A DNA stretch of 44,298 nt from Octopus bimaculoides (GCF_001194135.2 NC_068998.1:42475508-42519805), one strand, 5' to 3'; counted from the stretch's first letter, positions 21,487 to 34,915 are shown. A program made the numbers and translations. Notes: a model not told the origin generated them from the letters alone.

Positions 21487-22729
21487 NNNNNNNNNNNNNN
21501 NNNNNNNNNNNNNNNNNNNNNNNNNNNNNNNNNNNNNNNNNNNNNNNNNNNNNNNNNNNNNNNNNNNNNNNNNNNNNNNNNNNNNNNNNNNNNNNNNNNN
21601 NNNNNNNNNNNNNNNNNNNNNNNNNNNNNNNNNNNNNNNNNNNNNNNNNNNNNNNNNNNNNNNNNNNNNNNNNNNNNNNNNNNNNNNNNNNNNNNNNNNN
21701 NNNNNNNNNNNNNNNNNNNNNNNNNNNNNNNNNNNNNNNNNNNNNNNNNNNNNNNNNNNNNNNNNNNNNNNNNNNNNNNNNNNNNNNNNNNNNNNNNNNN
21801 NNNNNNNNNNNNNNNNNNNNNNNNNNNNNNNNNNNNNNNNNNNNNNNNNNNNNNNNNNNNNNNNNNNNNNNNNNNNNNNNNNNNNNNNNNNNNNNNNNNN
21901 NNNNNNNNNNNNNNNNNNNNNNNNNNNNNNNNNNNNNNNNNNNNNNNNNNNNNNNNNNNNNNNNNNNNNNNNNNNNNNNNNNNNNNNNNNNNNNNNNNNN
22001 NNNNNNNNNNNNNNNNNNNNNNNNNNNNNNNNNNNNNNNNNNNNNNNNNNNNNNNNNNNNNNNNNNNNNNNNNNNNNNNNNNNNNNNNNNNNNNNNNNNN
22101 NNNNNNNNNNNNNNNNNNNNNNNNNNNNNNNNNNNNNNNNNNNNNNNNNNNNNNNNNNNNNNNNNNNNNNNNNNNNNNNNNNNNNNNNNNNNNNNNNNNN
22201 NNNNNNNNNNNNNNNNNNNTATATATATATGTATATTGCAACTTTCACGAGAAAGGGTTCGTAGAGATTTCTATTAAAAATGCTCTGCTGCTAACCCCAG
22301 AATCTTTTGGTGGATGAGTTGAAAGTGGTTTAAAACCCGGCCTCAGAACGACGTTATCGATCGATATGGCTGTCAGGAAGGAAAAGAAATACAGGTTTTG
22401 GGTTGAAGAGAAGAGCTTTCTGAAAGTGGTGACATATCTATTTACATGTTAAACACAAACCTGTTTTCATGATGATAATGATGATGATGATGACGATGAC
22501 GACGATATTAAATGATGACAGTGGCGAAGATGCTTCATGTATTAAGTATATTAAACACTATTAAAAAAAAAAAAATGGATCTGGAAGTACCTAAAGCTAT
22601 ATGAAGTAGCATTTCACCATTGGGTTGAAAAACTCTTTTTGGACAGAACAAGTCGAAGCCTGCCCACAACAAAGATACGGATTCGAGTCCCACTTGTATT
22701 GCATAGTTTCACGCTTTTATCTTACCGCT

Positions 22730-22812
22730 TTATTGAGCTGCGAAATTATTTCACGCTTTCCCACGAAAGTTTATAAAGTCTAATGACGTCAGCTAACTAT
22801 TTTGTATAATGT
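22730..22812 (+). repeat. ~80-bp interspersed repeat (second copy 24560-24645) containing TGACGTCA
   Basis: AAATTATTTCACG.TTTC...TTTATAAAGTCTAATGACGTCA...ACTATTTTGTA.AATGT occurs in both copies. Confidence 0.8.
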
Positions 22813-22871
22813 TGCTTCATAGATTTTATATTTTCTTACTTTACCTTAATCAATAGAGAGAAAAAAAAATC

Positions 22872-23034
22872 AGTAGGTGGAGTGGCTCTGTGGTAAGTAG
22901 CTTGCTTACAAACCACATGGTTTCGAGTTCATTCCCACTGCGTGGCACCTTGGGCAAGTGTCTTCTACTATAGCCTCGGGCTGACCAAAGCCTTGTGAGT
23001 GGATTTGGTAGACGGACACTAAAAGAAGCCCGTC

Positions 23035-23124
<90 letters not shown>

Positions 23125-23355
23125 ATATGCTTGTATGCCTGTGTTTGTCCCTCCAACATCGCTTGACAACCGATGGTGGTGTGTTTACATCCCCGTAACT
23201 TAGCGGTTCGGCAAAAGAGACCGATAGAATAAATACTAGGCTTCCAAAGAATAAGTCCTGGAGTCGATTTGCTCAACTAAAGGCGGTGCTCCAGCATGGC
23301 CGCAGTCAAATGATTGAAACAAGTAAAAGAGTTAAAGAGTAAAGAGTAAAAAGAG
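22872..23355 (+). mobile_element. SINE family B, full length, expanded internal (TA)n
   Basis: Collinear with 10088-10513. Confidence 0.92.
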
Positions 23356-23837
23356 AGTACTCATAATTCCTTTGAAGAGTTGCCGTGATTGATTTTGAGG
23401 GAAAGGATTCTGTGAAACCAGGATTAAAGGAATAGTTTTGTGGATTTGTAAGCAAAATAATCTTTATGACATGATTTTCCGTCTGAAATGTTTACGTACA
23501 GTTAAACAGCTTTTTAGATACACGTTCACAATATACTAAAATGTTGTTGCTGTTGTGGTTGTTGTTTATTTCGTGATGGTAGCTCTCTTAGCAGTTGTTG
23601 TGTGATAAAACGAGATCCAGACAAGACCCACACCGTCTTTTATTCAAGTTCAAAGCACACTGGAGTACATTATCGCTCCTCAAGGCCTACATTATCGGAT
23701 ATGATGTGTCGAGAACTACATTGTCAGATCTATCATGTCTAGAACTGCGACGTTTTGTTTACATACATTTGCAACCACACCATACACACATGCATACGCA
23801 CACAACACATACACAAACACACGCATATGTATAATTG

Positions 23838-23844
<7 letters not shown>

Positions 23845-23902
<58 letters not shown>

Positions 23903-23960
23903 ATATATACATACACATAAATATATGTATGGATGTATGGATGTACGTGTATGTATATAT

Positions 23961-24012
<52 letters not shown>
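23845..24012. repeat. (GT)n and (GA)n microsatellites
   Basis: Direct reading. Confidence 0.95.
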
Positions 24013-24016
<4 letters not shown>

Positions 24017-24689
24017 AGAAAAAGATAGATACCTATATACATATATACACACATAAACACATGCATTTATATAGTGAGAATTTACAAAAAAAAAAGACAA
24101 AAGACGAAGACGGGTGTATAAACAACAAACAGATGTATTAGACTCTGCAGCCCAATTAAAATATTTGAATAATGAGTGAAAAACCAATTTACAACACGTT
24201 TGCCGTTCCGCGTTTTATTTTTTTTACATTCATTGTTACAAATTGATTTGTTTTTGTAAAATCTTTTTTATGAGCAAGAGTGTTAAAGTCTCAAGCTCTA
24301 CAATTTATATCTTGAGGCTCTGCAACGCACTTGAAATTTCAAAATTATGGGAAATATATAAACTTTTCGACTTTGTTTTCTTTATTATTTTAATACTAGG
24401 TCACCGAATATATGCTTTTCACATTTGAATAAATTAAACGAATTGTCAAGATTGTTGCAGAAAAGATAATTCTTCTTTGGCAAAAGCATCCATCCCTTGT
24501 GTTACGATTTATTCAGTTAAACTGAAAATCTAAAACTTTCCTTTGCTGACGTAGAAGGGCGAATTTATGAGGTGCAAAATTATTTCACGGTTTCTCTCGA
24601 AAATTTATAAAGTCTAATGACGTCAACTATTTTGTACAATGTAACTTTTTTTCGCTCCACCCTAGTGTGAGTGTATCTCTTTGTATATA

Positions 24690-24895
24690 TGTGTGTGTGT
24701 CTTTGTTCTGGTCATCAGCTTTTTCCACTATCGCTTGGCAACCGGTTTTGGTTTGGCAAAAGACACCTATAGAATAAATAACGGACTCTAAAAACAAAAT
24801 GTTAGGACTGGGATCGATTTGTTCCACTAAACCTTTCAAGGCGGTGCCCCAGCATGGTTGCAGCCCAATCACTGAAACCACTAAAAGATAAGAGA
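24690..24895 (+). mobile_element. SINE family B-related 3' half, degenerate
   Basis: CGCTTGGCAACCG...GGCAAAAGA...GGCGGTGCCCCAGCATGG...CTGAAAC. Confidence 0.75.
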
Positions 24896-25100
24896 TTATT
24901 ATTACTGTTGTTTTTAGTTGGTGCGTCTGCAGAATTGGACTATGCGCATGACTTTAGCAGGACTTCCATAACCCAGGGCGTCGAATGCCGTTTATAATTC
25001 GATTAAATGAATACTAACCCACACCCGCAGGGAATTATTGTAAATTAATATTCCTTAACGCTTTGTTTAATTTACTTTACCGATGGTGGAAGAAATAAAC

Positions 25101-25490
25101 GGCAGGTGGGAACAGTTAGCATGCCGGGCGAAATGCTTAGCGGTATTTCGTCTGTCTTTATGTTCTGAGTTCAAATTCCGCCGAGGTCAATTTTGCCTTT
25201 CAGCCTTTCGGGGTCAATAAATTAAGTACTACTTGCGTACTGGGGTCGATCTAATCGACTGGGCCCCTTCCCCAAAAGAGTACTAAGACGACGAGCTGGC
25301 AGAGTCGTTAACACGCAGGGTGAAAGCTTCGCGACATATCGTCTGTCTCTACATTCTGATTTCAAATTCCACCAAGGTCGTCTTTGACTTTTATCTTTTC
25401 GGTACCCGATAAAATGAGTATCAGTTAAGCACAGAGGTCGCTACAATCAACTTTCCTCTCTTCCGGATTTGATGGCCTTCTGCCAAAATT
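25101..25490 (+). mobile_element. Two head-to-tail SINE family A copies (25101-25276; 25287-25490)
   Basis: Both are collinear with the family A head and central block. Confidence 0.88.
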
Positions 25491-27112
25491 AGAAACCAAT
25501 ATTGCAAAATGTTTGATTCAATCCAGAATTTAGGTATCTTGCAAAGATCTACCTCATATTCATAGAATACGCTATATTGTAATGAATATATATTGTAATA
25601 AATATCATTCACCCACGGCAGTGCTTGAAGAATATTCTTAAGGTTAACATTTACTCGCTCGCGACCATTTCTAGGATTTGTCACTGTTTAAAGTTTTTAC
25701 CAAATTTGATGATGTTTATACATTTTTAAATTAGTCACCTCTTGAGCTACATTTTGAGCTACAAAACTTGAAATTTGGTTCAGGAGGAAAAAGTTGAGAT
25801 TTCAAATATGCGGGGGTCAAAAAGGGGAGTATAACGCCTGAAATCGAGTTCAGGGATATACACGTGACACTGCATTCATACTTTCGTAAATACACACACA
25901 CACACGTATACACACACCGACACACACACAAACAATGCACCCACACACACACACATGCATATACAGAAGTAACTTTTAAAACGCCCATGAAGGGAAACAA
26001 AGGTGTGACGAATACGTAGCTTTAAGGAGAGAGGGAGTAAGTTGACAATAATTGATGACAAGTGGACTCTTATTTGCTGTCCATCACAAATAAACACACA
26101 CATACACACACTNNNNNNNNNNNNNNNNNNNNNNNNNNNNNNNNNNNNNNNNNNNNNNNNNNNNNNNNNNNNNNNNNNNNNNNNNNNNNNNNNNNNNNNN
26201 NNNNNNNNNNNNNNNNNNNNNNNNNNNNNNNNNNNNNNNNNNNNNNNNNNNNNNNNNNNNNNNNNNNNNNNNNNNNNNNNNNNNNNNNNNNNNNNNNNNN
26301 NNNNNNNNNNNNNNNNNNNNNNNNNNNNNNNNNNNNNNNNNNNNNNNNNNNNNNNNNNNNNNNNNNNNNNNNNNNNNNNNNNNNNNNNNNNNNNNNNNNN
26401 NNNNNNNNNNNNNNNNNNNNNNNNNNNNNNNNNNNNNNNNNNNNNNNNNNNNNNNNNNNNNNNNNNNNNNNNNNNNNNNNNNNNNNNNNNNNNNNNNNNN
26501 NNNNNNNNNNNNNNNNNNNNNNNNNNNNNNNNNNNNNNNNNNNNNNNNNNNNNNNNNNNNNNNNNNNNNNNNNNNNNNNNNNNNNNNNNNNNNNNNNNNN
26601 NNNNNNNNNNNNNNNNNNNNNNNNNNNNNNNNNNNNNNNNNNNNNNNNNNNNNNNNNNNNNNNNNNNNNNNNNNNNNNNNNNNNNNNNNNNNNNNNNNNN
26701 NNNNNNNNNNNNNNNNNNNTTAAATAATTTTACTTAAGTAATTCTATTTTTCTGAAAATAATAAAAATTACCGGGGCTGTACATGAAAAGAGTTCTTGAA
26801 TATAAACCCATAGGTTTAGAATCGGATGGACTTATTTTTGGGAAAACCTAGCAATGTTTCCATAATTTTTGTTTTTATAGAATATAGCAAATTTTTAAAA
26901 TGTTATTCTCGTCTGCAATATTTTAAGTACAGAAGAATTTTAATTTTAATTTAATTTTTAGTTTCATTTAGAGGTGACGAATTAGACAAATTCTACTGTA
27001 GAAATCTTGTTTTGTACTTTTCCAGGTGCAATAAATTAAGCATATTAACATGCATGCGCCCGCATCTTTCATTGTAATATATATATATATATATATATTA
27101 ATCACAGATACA

Positions 27113-28046
27113 CCGCTAGAAATAAGAGTCAAAACTCTTATTTGGACCACCAAAAAAGTTTACACTGAAAACAACAGATTCAACGGCATACTAGCAGATC
27201 TCACATACCAATATAGCAAAAAGCTATACATTTGCTTGTACTGTAAATTTATAGCTTTATGCTGTATTGGTATGTGAAAGTTTTTTTTTTCGATCTACTA
27301 GTATACCATTGTTTCCAGTGTAATTTTTTTTTGTGATCTAAATAAGAGTTTTGACTCTTATTTCTAGTGGGTAGACACTTTAATGTGTCCTTATGATTAA
27401 TATAATTTTAATTCTTTACCTATATAATATCATTTTTTTAAAGCCTGCAACGAACTATATTCATGTTTCTGTTATTATCGACTATTTATATTGCCTTCGA
27501 TAATATTAGAAATATTAATATGCAATAAATATTCACTTCGGAATATTTTGCTGTTGGTTTGTACTTTTCACACTGAGGCTGTCCGCATTTTGGCACTAAA
27601 CAATTAAGGACATTAAGGACACCAGCAGATATCAACGCGACGGATTAGGACAATGTTTCAAAGGGTTAAGAGGTGCTGAGGAAGTTAAGATTTTTGTATC
27701 AAGCCAGAAACCGGTCCACATATATACCTGTACCAGTAAATATATAGCGTTATGCTATATTGGTATGTGAAAGATTTTTTTTCGATCTGCTAGTATACCG
27801 TTGAATCTGTTGTTTCTAGTGTAAATTGTTTTGGTGGTGCAAATAAGAGTTTTGACTTTTATTTCTAGCGGTCAGACATTTTAATGTGTTTTTATAATGA
27901 AAGGAATTTTAATTCTTTAGCGACCTAATACTATTTCTTTTAGCCTGCAACCACCTATATTGATGTTTGCTATCATCAATATTGCCTTCGATAATAATAG
28001 AAATATTAATATCTTATAAATATTCAGTTCGGAATATTTTGATGCC

Positions 28047-28050
<4 letters not shown>
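27113..28050. repeat. Fold-back plus tandem structure: inverted arms 27113-27240 / 27238-27368, with direct copies ~27238-27560 and ~27730-28050
   Basis: The inversion is centred on GTAC at 27238-27241. Each arm carries the hairpin AAATAAGAGT-N4-ACTCTTATTT next to CTAG. Confidence 0.85.
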
Positions 28051-28090
<40 letters not shown>

Positions 28091-28198
28091 CACTCACACA
28101 CAGACATACAGAAGTTAATAGACACTCTCATAATCATTAAAATTTATTTAAATCTAAAATACATTCAGATTATTTATTAATTGTTATAATGTGAATAT

Positions 28199-29170
28199 TC
28201 AATGTTTAGTAGACTTGCCCTTTGCATTTTTCAAATAACGAATAGTTTTCAGATAACGAATATTCTCTTGCAGAATTTCTTGCCAAGTTTTATGCAGTAA
28301 TCTCAAAAGATCTGGCTTTGAAGATACATTCTTGTTCTTCTTATGAGGTGTCCTATCCATTATGTCCCAGAAGTGTTCAATAGGGTCCATATCTTGTGAT
28401 TGACTTGGCCATGGAAGCTTTTTAATGCCATTCTTATCCAATAAATCTTGGGTTATTTATCTGTATGACAAGAAGCCCCATCTTCCATAAATAAAGAGCC
28501 TTCTCTAATCATTTCACAATTGAAGCAAATTAGAAGGAGTTCTCTCTGCAATAGGAACACATATTTATCTGAGTTTATGTTTCCCTCGCACTCCACCAGC
28601 TCTGATCGACCGTTGCTCCAAATTGCTCCTCAGATCATCACAGAATAGCTGCCGTGTTTCATTGTTGGCTGTAATATTTTTACATCAAATTCTTGATCAC
28701 AGAGTCTCCAGACCCACACTGTCAGGAAATACAGCAAATCTGCACTCATCAGAGAATATGACAGTATGCCAAAATGCTAAGGGCCTCTCCACCATCTCAC
28801 GGGTTCAGTCTTTTTCTCGCATAATGTTGGCTGGTTGAAGAAGTGGCTTCCTTCTTGCTGCTCTGCCATAGTAACCAAGCTTGTGGAGATACCTGACAGA
28901 TGTTCTGGGACTGACATCAGCTTTTTCTGCTATGTCAGATGCCTTGCTACGAGAATTATCCTCCGCACCTTTCTTAGCAAATAGAAGGATCCTGTCAGAG
29001 GGCCCTGGCTGATCTGTGTTAGGTGATGCGGACGCCTTCTCCTCTCTGGTGAATTGCACAATCACTCTATTAACTGTAGACAGCAGGATCCGAAGTTTTT
29101 CTGCGATTTTACGCAATGTGTAACTTCAGAATGACCCAAATACGGCCTGTTTCAAATTCAGACAGTTACA
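28199..29170 (-). mobile_element. Tc1-family transposase remnant (HTH and DDE regions), frameshifted; 5' end lost in a gap
   Basis: LSEFETGRI, RKIAEKL, YYGRAARRKPLL, FSDEC, MEDGASCH, KLPWPSQSQDMDPIEHFW are Tc1 motifs. Confidence 0.9.
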
Positions 29171-30203
29171 NNNNNNNNNNNNNNNNNNNNNNNNNNNNNN
29201 NNNNNNNNNNNNNNNNNNNNNNNNNNNNNNNNNNNNNNNNNNNNNNNNNNNNNNNNNNNNNNNNNNNNNNNNNNNNNNNNNNNNNNNNNNNNNNNNNNNN
29301 NNNNNNNNNNNNNNNNNNNNNNNNNNNNNNNNNNNNNNNNNNNNNNNNNNNNNNNNNNNNNNNNNNNNNNNNNNNNNNNNNNNNNNNNNNNNNNNNNNNN
29401 NNNNNNNNNNNNNNNNNNNNNNNNNNNNNNNNNNNNNNNNNNNNNNNNNNNNNNNNNNNNNNNNNNNNNNNNNNNNNNNNNNNNNNNNNNNNNNNNNNNN
29501 NNNNNNNNNNNNNNNNNNNNNNNNNNNNNNNNNNNNNNNNNNNNNNNNNNNNNNNNNNNNNNNNNNNNNNNNNNNNNNNNNNNNNNNNNNNNNNNNNNNN
29601 NNNNNNNNNNNNNNNNNNNNNNNNNNNNNNNNNNNNNNNNNNNNNNNTATATATATATATATATATATTTATTTATATATATATGTGATGTTTAGAGGCA
29701 GAAAAACACTCATATATATATAGGCACTTATCTATATATGTAGGTATATGCGTATGCATACATGTCTGTTTAACTTTACCACTTCAAAACAGCATTCCTG
29801 TGAGTGTGTGTATGTGTGTGTGTGTGAGAGAGAGATAGAGTATGTGACTGTATGTGTGTGTATGCGTGCTAGTCTATATTTCACTGCACCACTTTGAAGC
29901 TGTTGGCGTCACTTAAAATTCCAACATTTTGCTTTTCTTTAAAAAAATGTAAATAAGATGCAGGTGAAAACTATAGATTTATGGCAAATCTCCATTTGAA
30001 TTAAGTCAACAACACTAAAATTTAAAGTACAACCTCAAGCCAGACAAAGTTATTTCCGTCTCAAAACCACATTTGACAGAGGCAAGCTTTCAGAGGCAAG
30101 CATCGTTGCTGTTTTTTAAAAATTAGCTTCAAAGTATCAGTACGTCGATAAGAAAGCCGTCTCTATAGACATAGCAATCGAATTCTCTTCAAAGTATATT
30201 CTT

Positions 30204-30525
30204 GTAGCTGTATGGTAAGAAGCTTGCTTCCTAAGCACATAGTTCCGGGTACAGTCCCGCTGCGTGGCACCTTGTGCACGTGTCTATAACCTTCTATAAC
30301 CTCGGGCCTAACAAAGCCATGTGCGTGGATTTGCTAGACGGAAACTGAAAGAAGCCTGTCGCATATCGCATATATTTATGTGTGTGTGTGTGAGTGCGTA
30401 TTTGTGTCTGTCTGTCACCCACCATCGCTTCACAACCGATGTTGGTGTGTTTATCTCCTTGTACTCTAGCGGTTCGACAAAGCATTTGACTTACAAAGAA
30501 TAAGATCTGGGGTCAATTTTTTCGA
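30204..30525 (+). mobile_element. SINE family B, degenerate
   Basis: Collinear with 10088-10513, with deletions. Confidence 0.85.
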
Positions 30526-31529
30526 TTAAAAAAAAAAAATTATGAGTCTGAATGACTCTGGAAGGAACTTTACCTTTAGTATGTCGAAACTGGAAAATCC
30601 TCCATTTTATTTTGCTCAGTTTTTTTTTTCTTTCTGTGTTTCTGTGTCATTCACACTCTGCAAGTTGAGTGCGAAGCCGACCAGCCTCTTCGTCTCTACA
30701 TGTCTAATTTCTCGATCAACTGTATGCTTTCTAATTGCTATCATCTCCCCTTAGTACATTCGTCTACATACGCATTCATTATTTGTCTTTTATCTGTACC
30801 TGAGACAAGCTGTTGTAACCAAAAGCAAATTTTCTTTTTTTTTTAACTTAGCAACCATCTTCTTTTATTATTTTACTAACTAATCAAATAAACACTTAAA
30901 ACTGATCATCTCTTTCCAATTTATTCACTATCTTTTTTTCATTCACTTTCTCTCCTCTCTCTCTCTCTTTTCCCGTATTTCTTTTTCCTACAAACATTAT
31001 TGATTTATTTATTATTTACTTATGTTACGTGATACTCATTCACCCTTGTTCCAATTTCCAATTTTACAGCATAAATTCCCTGAACACTTCATTGCAAGAA
31101 TGACTTTTGTCCTGTACTGTAATTATTATTATTACCGAACATATATCTGCGAATCATTTAATTAGTTTTAAACTAAATTTTGACTCGTTTTTAATGTGTA
31201 TGATGTATCTTATCAACGATTAAGATCTTTTTCATCCAACAGATTCAAGTACTTTCGAGAAGTAACAGCTCCACTACACGTCCAACCCGCTTTAAATGTT
31301 TAAATGTTTATTTGAAGAATTACTTATGTTGAGAAAATTTTCATTAGAGAGCAATTGTGATAATGGGTAGTTTCACGAGCCTGCTCGTTCTTGGTGCGGT
31401 TTGTACGTGTGTATAAATACATGCATATATACAGAGATATACATACATGCATACGCATATATTCATAGACAAACACACGCACATATAATTAATACAAAAA
31501 GAAAACGGAGGAAAAACACAAGAAAACAA

Positions 31530-31640
31530 ACAACGTGAGAACGTGGTACATGCAAGGTATTAATAAGATACTCAGCGAAGGAAAGAAAGGGTGTTTTACG
31601 TTTTGGGCAAAGTTCATCTTCAGAAACAGGAGACAATCCA
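31530..31640 (-). repeat. Penelope-like repeat end with decayed hammerhead motif (31593-31627)
   Basis: The minus strand reads GUUU-CUGAAGA-U-GAACUUUGCCC-AAAAC-GUA-AAAC; the upstream context resembles 34780-34845. Confidence 0.45.
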
Positions 31641-31768
31641 CATATATGTACTTACATTGCCCGCCTAAAACTCCTCGTGCGATATGGTAAAAAATACCAC
31701 TGCAGTGAATATAATGACGAAATAAATATATAAATTTATATAAATATATCTATATAAATATCTCTTTT

Positions 31769-31841
<73 letters not shown>

Positions 31842-31941
31842 GTATATAACATGTTTGTGGCGTTTTGAATTGTTTTAACTCACTTTTAGCAAGAGCGGTG
31901 CTAGTCAGTACCTTCTGACACTTTTGTGACCTCTATTAATT

Positions 31942-31982
<41 letters not shown>

Positions 31983-32311
31983 ATATATATATATATAAGT
32001 TAAGGAAAACAGAAATGGAGAAGTACTGATTAACAACAATTGACTTACATCAATTATAATTTATTAATTCAATGTATAATAGACTGCATCCCATCTAACA
32101 ACTGTTTCTGCTTCCAATGTTATATGATATTGCCATTGATATTCAAAATATGTAAAAATATTAATTATATTTGGTAATAAAACCGATCTGAAACAAGGAG
32201 CTTCATCAGAGTGAAGAATAGCTAGAGCAGTAGAGTATAGAGACGAACAAAGGCAAAGGCGAATATGGTTGTATTCATACCATTTTGCTTACGTGTCTCT
32301 TTGGGTGGTTA

Positions 32312-32375
<64 letters not shown>

Positions 32376-32678
32376 TAAAATGTATTATCTGTGAATATGA
32401 TTGCTTGATTGTATTTGTCGCTATATGGCTGTATATGTGCCTGTGTTCTGCACTACATGTACAAGCAGGCTATATCGTTATGTCATACATTTTACATGTG
32501 CATTTGTGTTTGTGAGTATTTTTGATTTATGAGTGTTTGTTTTATGTAAGCAATAATGTGGAATGTTATTTACAATTACTCATACAGACACAACATATTA
32601 CTGTTCTTTTTTTATTATGCTTCTCCACATTTCACCACAGTTTCTCTCTAAGACTCTGTCTGTCTGTCTCTCAGTCTA

Positions 32679-32727
<49 letters not shown>

Positions 32728-33293
32728 TTCCATCTTTCTTTCACTTTCTCACCCCAGTCTCCACACTCATGCAAACACAGACACTCACACATACACAAAG
32801 CACAATTCTAGCATCTATAGCAACAGTGTTTCCCAGCAGGTTTGCTGTTTCAATTACTACGCTAGGTTTTGCGTTGTGTGTAGGTACGTAAGTACGCACA
32901 AGCTGTATGCATGTATGTATGTATGTATGTATGTATGTATGAATGTATGACTGTATGGAAGGATGGATGGATGCATGCATGCATGCATGTATGTATGCAT
33001 ATATGTGTGTGCATCCATATATGTATACACACACATATATATACGCATATTTATATACACAGATATTTATATGTATGAGGATCTATATATCGATATAATA
33101 CAAACATATAGAAATGGATATGTATATAAGTATATACAAATATATATATATAAGCATATACACCTGTGTGCGTGTGTATATATATATATATATNNNNNNN
33201 NNNNNNNNNNNNNNNNNNNNNNNNNNNNNNNNNNNNNNNNNNNNNNNNNNNNNNNNNNNNNNNNNNNNNNNNNNNNNNNNNNNNNNNNNNNNN

Positions 33294-33535
33294 CACCACT
33301 ACTACTACTACTATCACTACGACGACGATGACTAAGACCACCACCGCCACCACCACCACGAACAATAATAAAAACAAACAACAACAATAATACTACCTCC
33401 GCTACCGCTACCACCAACACCGGTACTACTATTGCTACCACCTCTACCGCTACCACGAACACTACCACGAACACTACCATTACAACCACTATTAGCACCA
33501 CTACGATCGGAACCACTATACGATGGCCTCTTCCA
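33294..33535. repeat. Degenerate (CAC/TAC/AAC)n tract between gaps
   Basis: Direct reading. Confidence 0.9.
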
Positions 33536-34044
33536 NNNNNNNNNNNNNNNNNNNNNNNNNNNNNNNNNNNNNNNNNNNNNNNNNNNNNNNNNNNNNNNNN
33601 NNNNNNNNNNNNNNNNNNNNNNNNNNNNNNNNNNNNNNNNNNNNNNNNNNNNNNNNNNNNNNNNNNNNNNNNNNNNNNNNNNNNNNNNNNNNNNNNNNNN
33701 NNNNNNNNNNNNNNNNNNNNNNNNNNNNNNNNNNNNNNNNNNNNNNNNNNNNNNNNNNNNNNNNNNNNNNNNNNNNNNNNNNNNNNNNNNNNNNNNNNNN
33801 NNNNNNNNNNNNNNNNNNNNNNNNNNNNNNNNNNNNNNNNNNNNNNNNNNNNNNNNNNNNNNNNNNNNNNNNNNNNNNNNNNNNNNNNNNNNNNNNNNNN
33901 NNNNNNNNNNNNNNNNNNNNNNAGAAGAAAATGGGAAATAGAAAAGTGAAAAGAAATGAAGAGGGGGGAAGGGGGAAGATCAGGATTGTCGTGGTTGGAC
34001 AGGTTTTGATGAAAGTTCTGGTCGATCAGGTTTCACCTGGGGGT

Positions 34045-34045
<1 letters not shown>

Positions 34046-34102
<57 letters not shown>
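34046..34102. repeat. (TAC)n microsatellite
   Basis: Direct reading. Confidence 0.95.
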
Positions 34103-34103
<1 letters not shown>

Positions 34104-34274
34104 GCTCAAATCTCATTCAAAACATAAACTGCATTCGATAACATAGTCCAAGATACAAGATGCGTGGTTAAATGATGTAATGGCCGTGATTGGGCCATCC
34201 TCGATTACAGTGTTCTTTCATCTTTCTTTTGCCAGCTCGCCATCTTAAAATGTTTTCTTATAAGGATTTCAAAT

Positions 34275-34755
34275 GTTGGCAGAAGGCCAGCAAATTCGGG
34301 GTAGTGGTCAAATCGATCACATCGATTGCATTGCTCGATTAGTATTTATTTTATCGACCCTTGGAAGGTGAAATTTGAACTCAGAACTTAAAGCTGGACG
34401 AAATGCCGCCATCGAATTTCGTCCAGAGGTTCAATAATAATAATAATAATAATAATAATAATTAATAATAATAATAATAATTAATAATAATAATTACTGA
34501 CACAAAGCCAATACGTTTTCAATGGGAGAGATTAGTCGATTATATTGACCCCAGCATTTGACTGGAACTTATTTTTATCGACCCCGAAAGGATGGAAGGC
34601 AACGTCGACGTTGGCGCAATTTGAACTCAGAACGGAAAGAGTCGAAAGAATTCTGCAGGCTCGCTTCCTTCATCACGATCCTTTCTACACTAGGCACAAG
34701 GGCTGAATTTTTTTGTAAGGGAGGGGGGCAGTCGATTAGATCGACCCAAGTACGC
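34275..34755 (-). mobile_element. Cluster of degenerate SINE family A pieces (34275-34430; 34500-34680; 34690-34755) around an (AAT)n tract
   Basis: Repeated TTTATCGACCC..GAA.G.TGAAA and GTCGAT-N3-ATCGAC modules. Confidence 0.8.
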
Positions 34756-34779
34756 ATAGGAAACAACAAGCAGGTGTAT

Positions 34780-34915
34780 TAGTTTGACGCTCGGAAAGAA
34801 TGGAACAGTCTTTGACGTTTCAAACCTACGATCTTCGCCAAAAAAAAAAATTGAGAGGAAATAAAATGGAGAGAGAACGTAAAAACGGAGAGAGAAAAAA
34901 AATGTGTTAGTATTA
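34780..34915 (-). repeat. Penelope-like repeat end with decayed hammerhead motif (34810-34844)
   Basis: The minus strand reads UUUU-UGGCGA-A-GAUCGUAGGUUU-GAAAC-GUC-AAAG; related to 31530-31640. Confidence 0.4.

Noticed and set aside
20340-22230. Biological meaning of gaps flanked by (TA)n
   Set aside because: Most simply a sequencing or assembly failure at long dinucleotide arrays.
32180-32213. Minus-strand CUGAUGA-A-GCUCC motif
   Set aside because: No complementary stem II strand and no GAAAC.
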